DNA from: Alphaproteobacteria bacterium | GTDB lineage: Bacteria > Pseudomonadota > Alphaproteobacteria > UBA7985 | Length of the DNA: 64,000 bases | Assembly (NCBI GenBank): GCA_965658725.1 | Contig: CBFHUI010000002.1 | Span: 7,890-71,889, forward strand | Direction of reading: 5' to 3' | Part shown: positions 62,308-64,000 of the stretch, piece after piece | How the letters are laid out: every line of letters begins with the position of its first letter | Position numbering within the stretch: position 1 is the stretch's first letter | Translations under genes and position numbers: made by a program | The notes under the pieces: generated by a model | Seen by the model: the letters and a program-made list of their open reading frames with translations, nothing else | Told to the model about the DNA's origin: nothing | Databases searched by the model: none

Positions 62308-64000
62308 GCCTGCCGGATGCTCCTTCTCAAGCGGCACCCGCCGCTCTTCCTACCTCGCCGCCGCTGGGGCCGGTTCAGGACGATGACATTGTACTCCTGC
62401 CCAGCCGCCGAATTGCCTATGTCGAACTGCAGGTGAGCTCGAATTTCTCCTTTCTCCGCGGGGCCAGTCACCCCGACGAACTCGCGCTCGCAGCCGGGGC
62501 GCTGGGGGTGCGGGGCTTTGCTGTCACCGATCGCAACACTATGGCCGGCGTGGTGCGGGCGCACATGGCTTGCAAGGATGCCGGACTGCCTTTCATCGTC
62601 GGCTGTCGACTCGACCTGATCCGGGATGCCCGCCCGGAGGTTGAGGGCAAGCGTCGCCTCACCCGCGTCTCCCGGACTCAGGCCCGCAAGCCTTCAGGCA
62701 CGCAGCGGGATGCGACTGAGGCCCTGGTCGAGCCGCGCGACGCCCGCCCCGATGGCAGCTTCCTCGCCTATCCCACCGACCGCGCAGCTTATGGCCGTCT
62801 GTGCCGGCTGCTGACCCTCGGCCGCCGACGCGCGCCCAAGGGTGAGTGCTTCATCGATCTTGAAGACCTGCGCGCGCATGCGGACGGGGTGATCCTCATC
62901 ACCCTGCCGCCGCCGGTGCCGGATCAGAGCTTCATGCTGCGGCTGCTTGACCTGGCGCGGCAGTGGCAGGGGCGGCTGTACCTTGGCGCGCATCACCACC
63001 TCAGCGGCGACGACGCCCCCCGCCTGAGCCAGCTCGCCCGCATCGCTGCGCAGACGGCCGTGCCGATGGTCGCGCTCAACGACGTTCACTTCCACGCTCG
63101 CAGCCGCAAGCCGTTGCAGGACGTGCTGACCTGCATCCGCCATGGCTGTACCATCGACACGGCAGGGACGCGCCTGTTCCCCAACGCCGAGCGCTGCCTG
63201 AAGACACCGCAGGAGATGGCGCTGCTGTTTGCCGACTACCCCGACGCGCTGGCTCGCACAGAAGAGATCGCGGCGCGCTGCCAGTTTTCGCTTGATGAAC
63301 TGCGCTACGAATACCCCGATGAGCTGACCCAGAACGGTCGGAGCACCGCCGAAGAACTCCGCCACCTTGCCTATGAAGGCGCGCGCAGGCGCTATGGCGC
63401 GACTGTGCCCGAGCGTGTGGTGAAGAGCATCGAGCACGAACTGGCGCTGATCGGTGAGCTGCAGTACGAGCCCTACTTCCTGACCGTTTACGACATCGTC
63501 CGTTTTGCCCGGTCGCGCGGGATCCTGTGTCAGGGGCGGGGTTCCGCGGCAAACTCGACCGTTTGCTTTTGCCTGGGCATCACAGCGGTCGATCCGGCGC
63601 GTGTCGATTTGCTGTTCGAACGCTTCATCTCCGCCGCCCGCGACGAGCCCCCTGACATCGACGTGGACTTCGAGCACGAGCGGCGCGAAGAGGTGATCCA
63701 GTACATCTATACCAAGTACGGTCGGGACCATGCTGGTCTGGCGGCAACGGTCATCAGTTACCGCACCCGCGGCGCTGTGCGAGACGTGGGTAAGGCGCTT
63801 GGACTGTCCGAAGACGCCATCGCGGCGATCAGCTCGAACATCTCCGGCTGGAATGAAAGCCGCAGCTCGGTCAAATCAGACGACGACACCGACACAACCT
63901 CAGTCAGCGCCGCCCCCGACAAGCGCGTACTGGCGCAGGAGCGGCTGGTCGAAATGGGGTTGGATGTGTCTTCGCCCCGCTTGGCCATGGCGCTCGATCT
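62304..64000 (+). CDS. dnaE2: error-prone DNA polymerase DnaE2 (ImuC), 5' part; continues beyond the window
   Basis: Manual translation gives a PHP domain (YVELQVSSNFSFLRGASHPDEL, FAVTDRNTMAGV) and pol III alpha motifs (GRGSAANSTVCFCLGIT, PDIDVDFEHERREEVIQY). The open frame runs to the window end. Confidence 0.85.
   Translation, partial: MSLPDAPSQAAPAALPTSPPLGPVQDDDIVLLPSRRIAYVELQVSSNFSFLRGASHPDELALAAGALGVRGFAVTDRNTMAGVVRAHMACKDAGLPFIVGCRLDLIRDARPEVEGKRRLTRVSRTQARKPSGTQRDATEALVEPRDARPDGSFLAYPTDRAAYGRLCRLLTLGRRRAPKGECFIDLEDLRAHADGVILITLPPPVPDQSFMLRLLDLARQWQGRLYLGAHHHLSGDDAPRLSQLARIAAQTAVPMVALNDVHFHARSRKPLQDVLTCIRHGCTIDTAGTRLFPNAERCLKTPQEMALLFADYPDALARTEEIAARCQFSLDELRYEYPDELTQNGRSTAEELRHLAYEGARRRYGATVPERVVKSIEHELALIGELQYEPYFLTVYDIVRFARSRGILCQGRGSAANSTVCFCLGITAVDPARVDLLFERFISAARDEPPDIDVDFEHERREEVIQYIYTKYGRDHAGLAATVISYRTRGAVRDVGKALGLSEDAIAAISSNISGWNESRSSVKSDDDTDTTSVSAAPDKRVLAQERLVEMGLDVSSPRLAMALD

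Overview
High-GC (~63-65%) chromosomal segment that looks alphaproteobacterial, with Rhodobacterales-like gene content and synteny. It is dense, mostly housekeeping DNA: about 68 protein-coding genes, one SRP RNA (ffs), one clear TPP (THI-box) riboswitch and several intrinsic terminators. No tRNA/rRNA, CRISPR array, transposase or integrase was recognised. Gene content, in order: pheA, nudC, ffs-dnaX-ybaB-recR, nfeD/SPFH pair, def-X-fmt-truA, dapE-dapD, a large hybrid sensor kinase (HisKA-HATPase-REC-Hpt), folE, trkH, hslO, argF-argD, recX, apaG, a thiamine salvage operon (riboswitch-DctP-like binding protein-thiM-thiE), aatA, marR/ilvE, pgsA-uvrC, folB + SDR, a Ca/Na antiporter, uvrB, msrB, plsY, proC, lgt-midA-pgeF-nagZ-like, prs-rplY-pth-ychF, two tandem small secreted Cys-proteins, petABC (cytochrome bc1), trmL-hemF, a LysR regulator, and an XRE-family regulator divergent from an imuA-imuB-dnaE2 error-prone polymerase cassette that runs off the window end. 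Several genes use TTG/GTG starts. The most interesting signals are: (i) a TPP riboswitch driving an orphan Tat-secreted DctP-like TRAP binding protein fused in an operon with thiM-thiE; (ii) the mutasome cassette preceded by an XRE regulator and non-canonical TGTTC...GAACA palindromes instead of the alphaproteobacterial LexA box; (iii) DnaA-box pairs in two AT-rich intergenic islands; (iv) an orphan minus-strand terminator in the argD/recX divergent region; (v) an uncharacterised gene translationally coupled between def and fmt. Coordinates of small motifs may be off by 1-2 nt because they were counted by hand.
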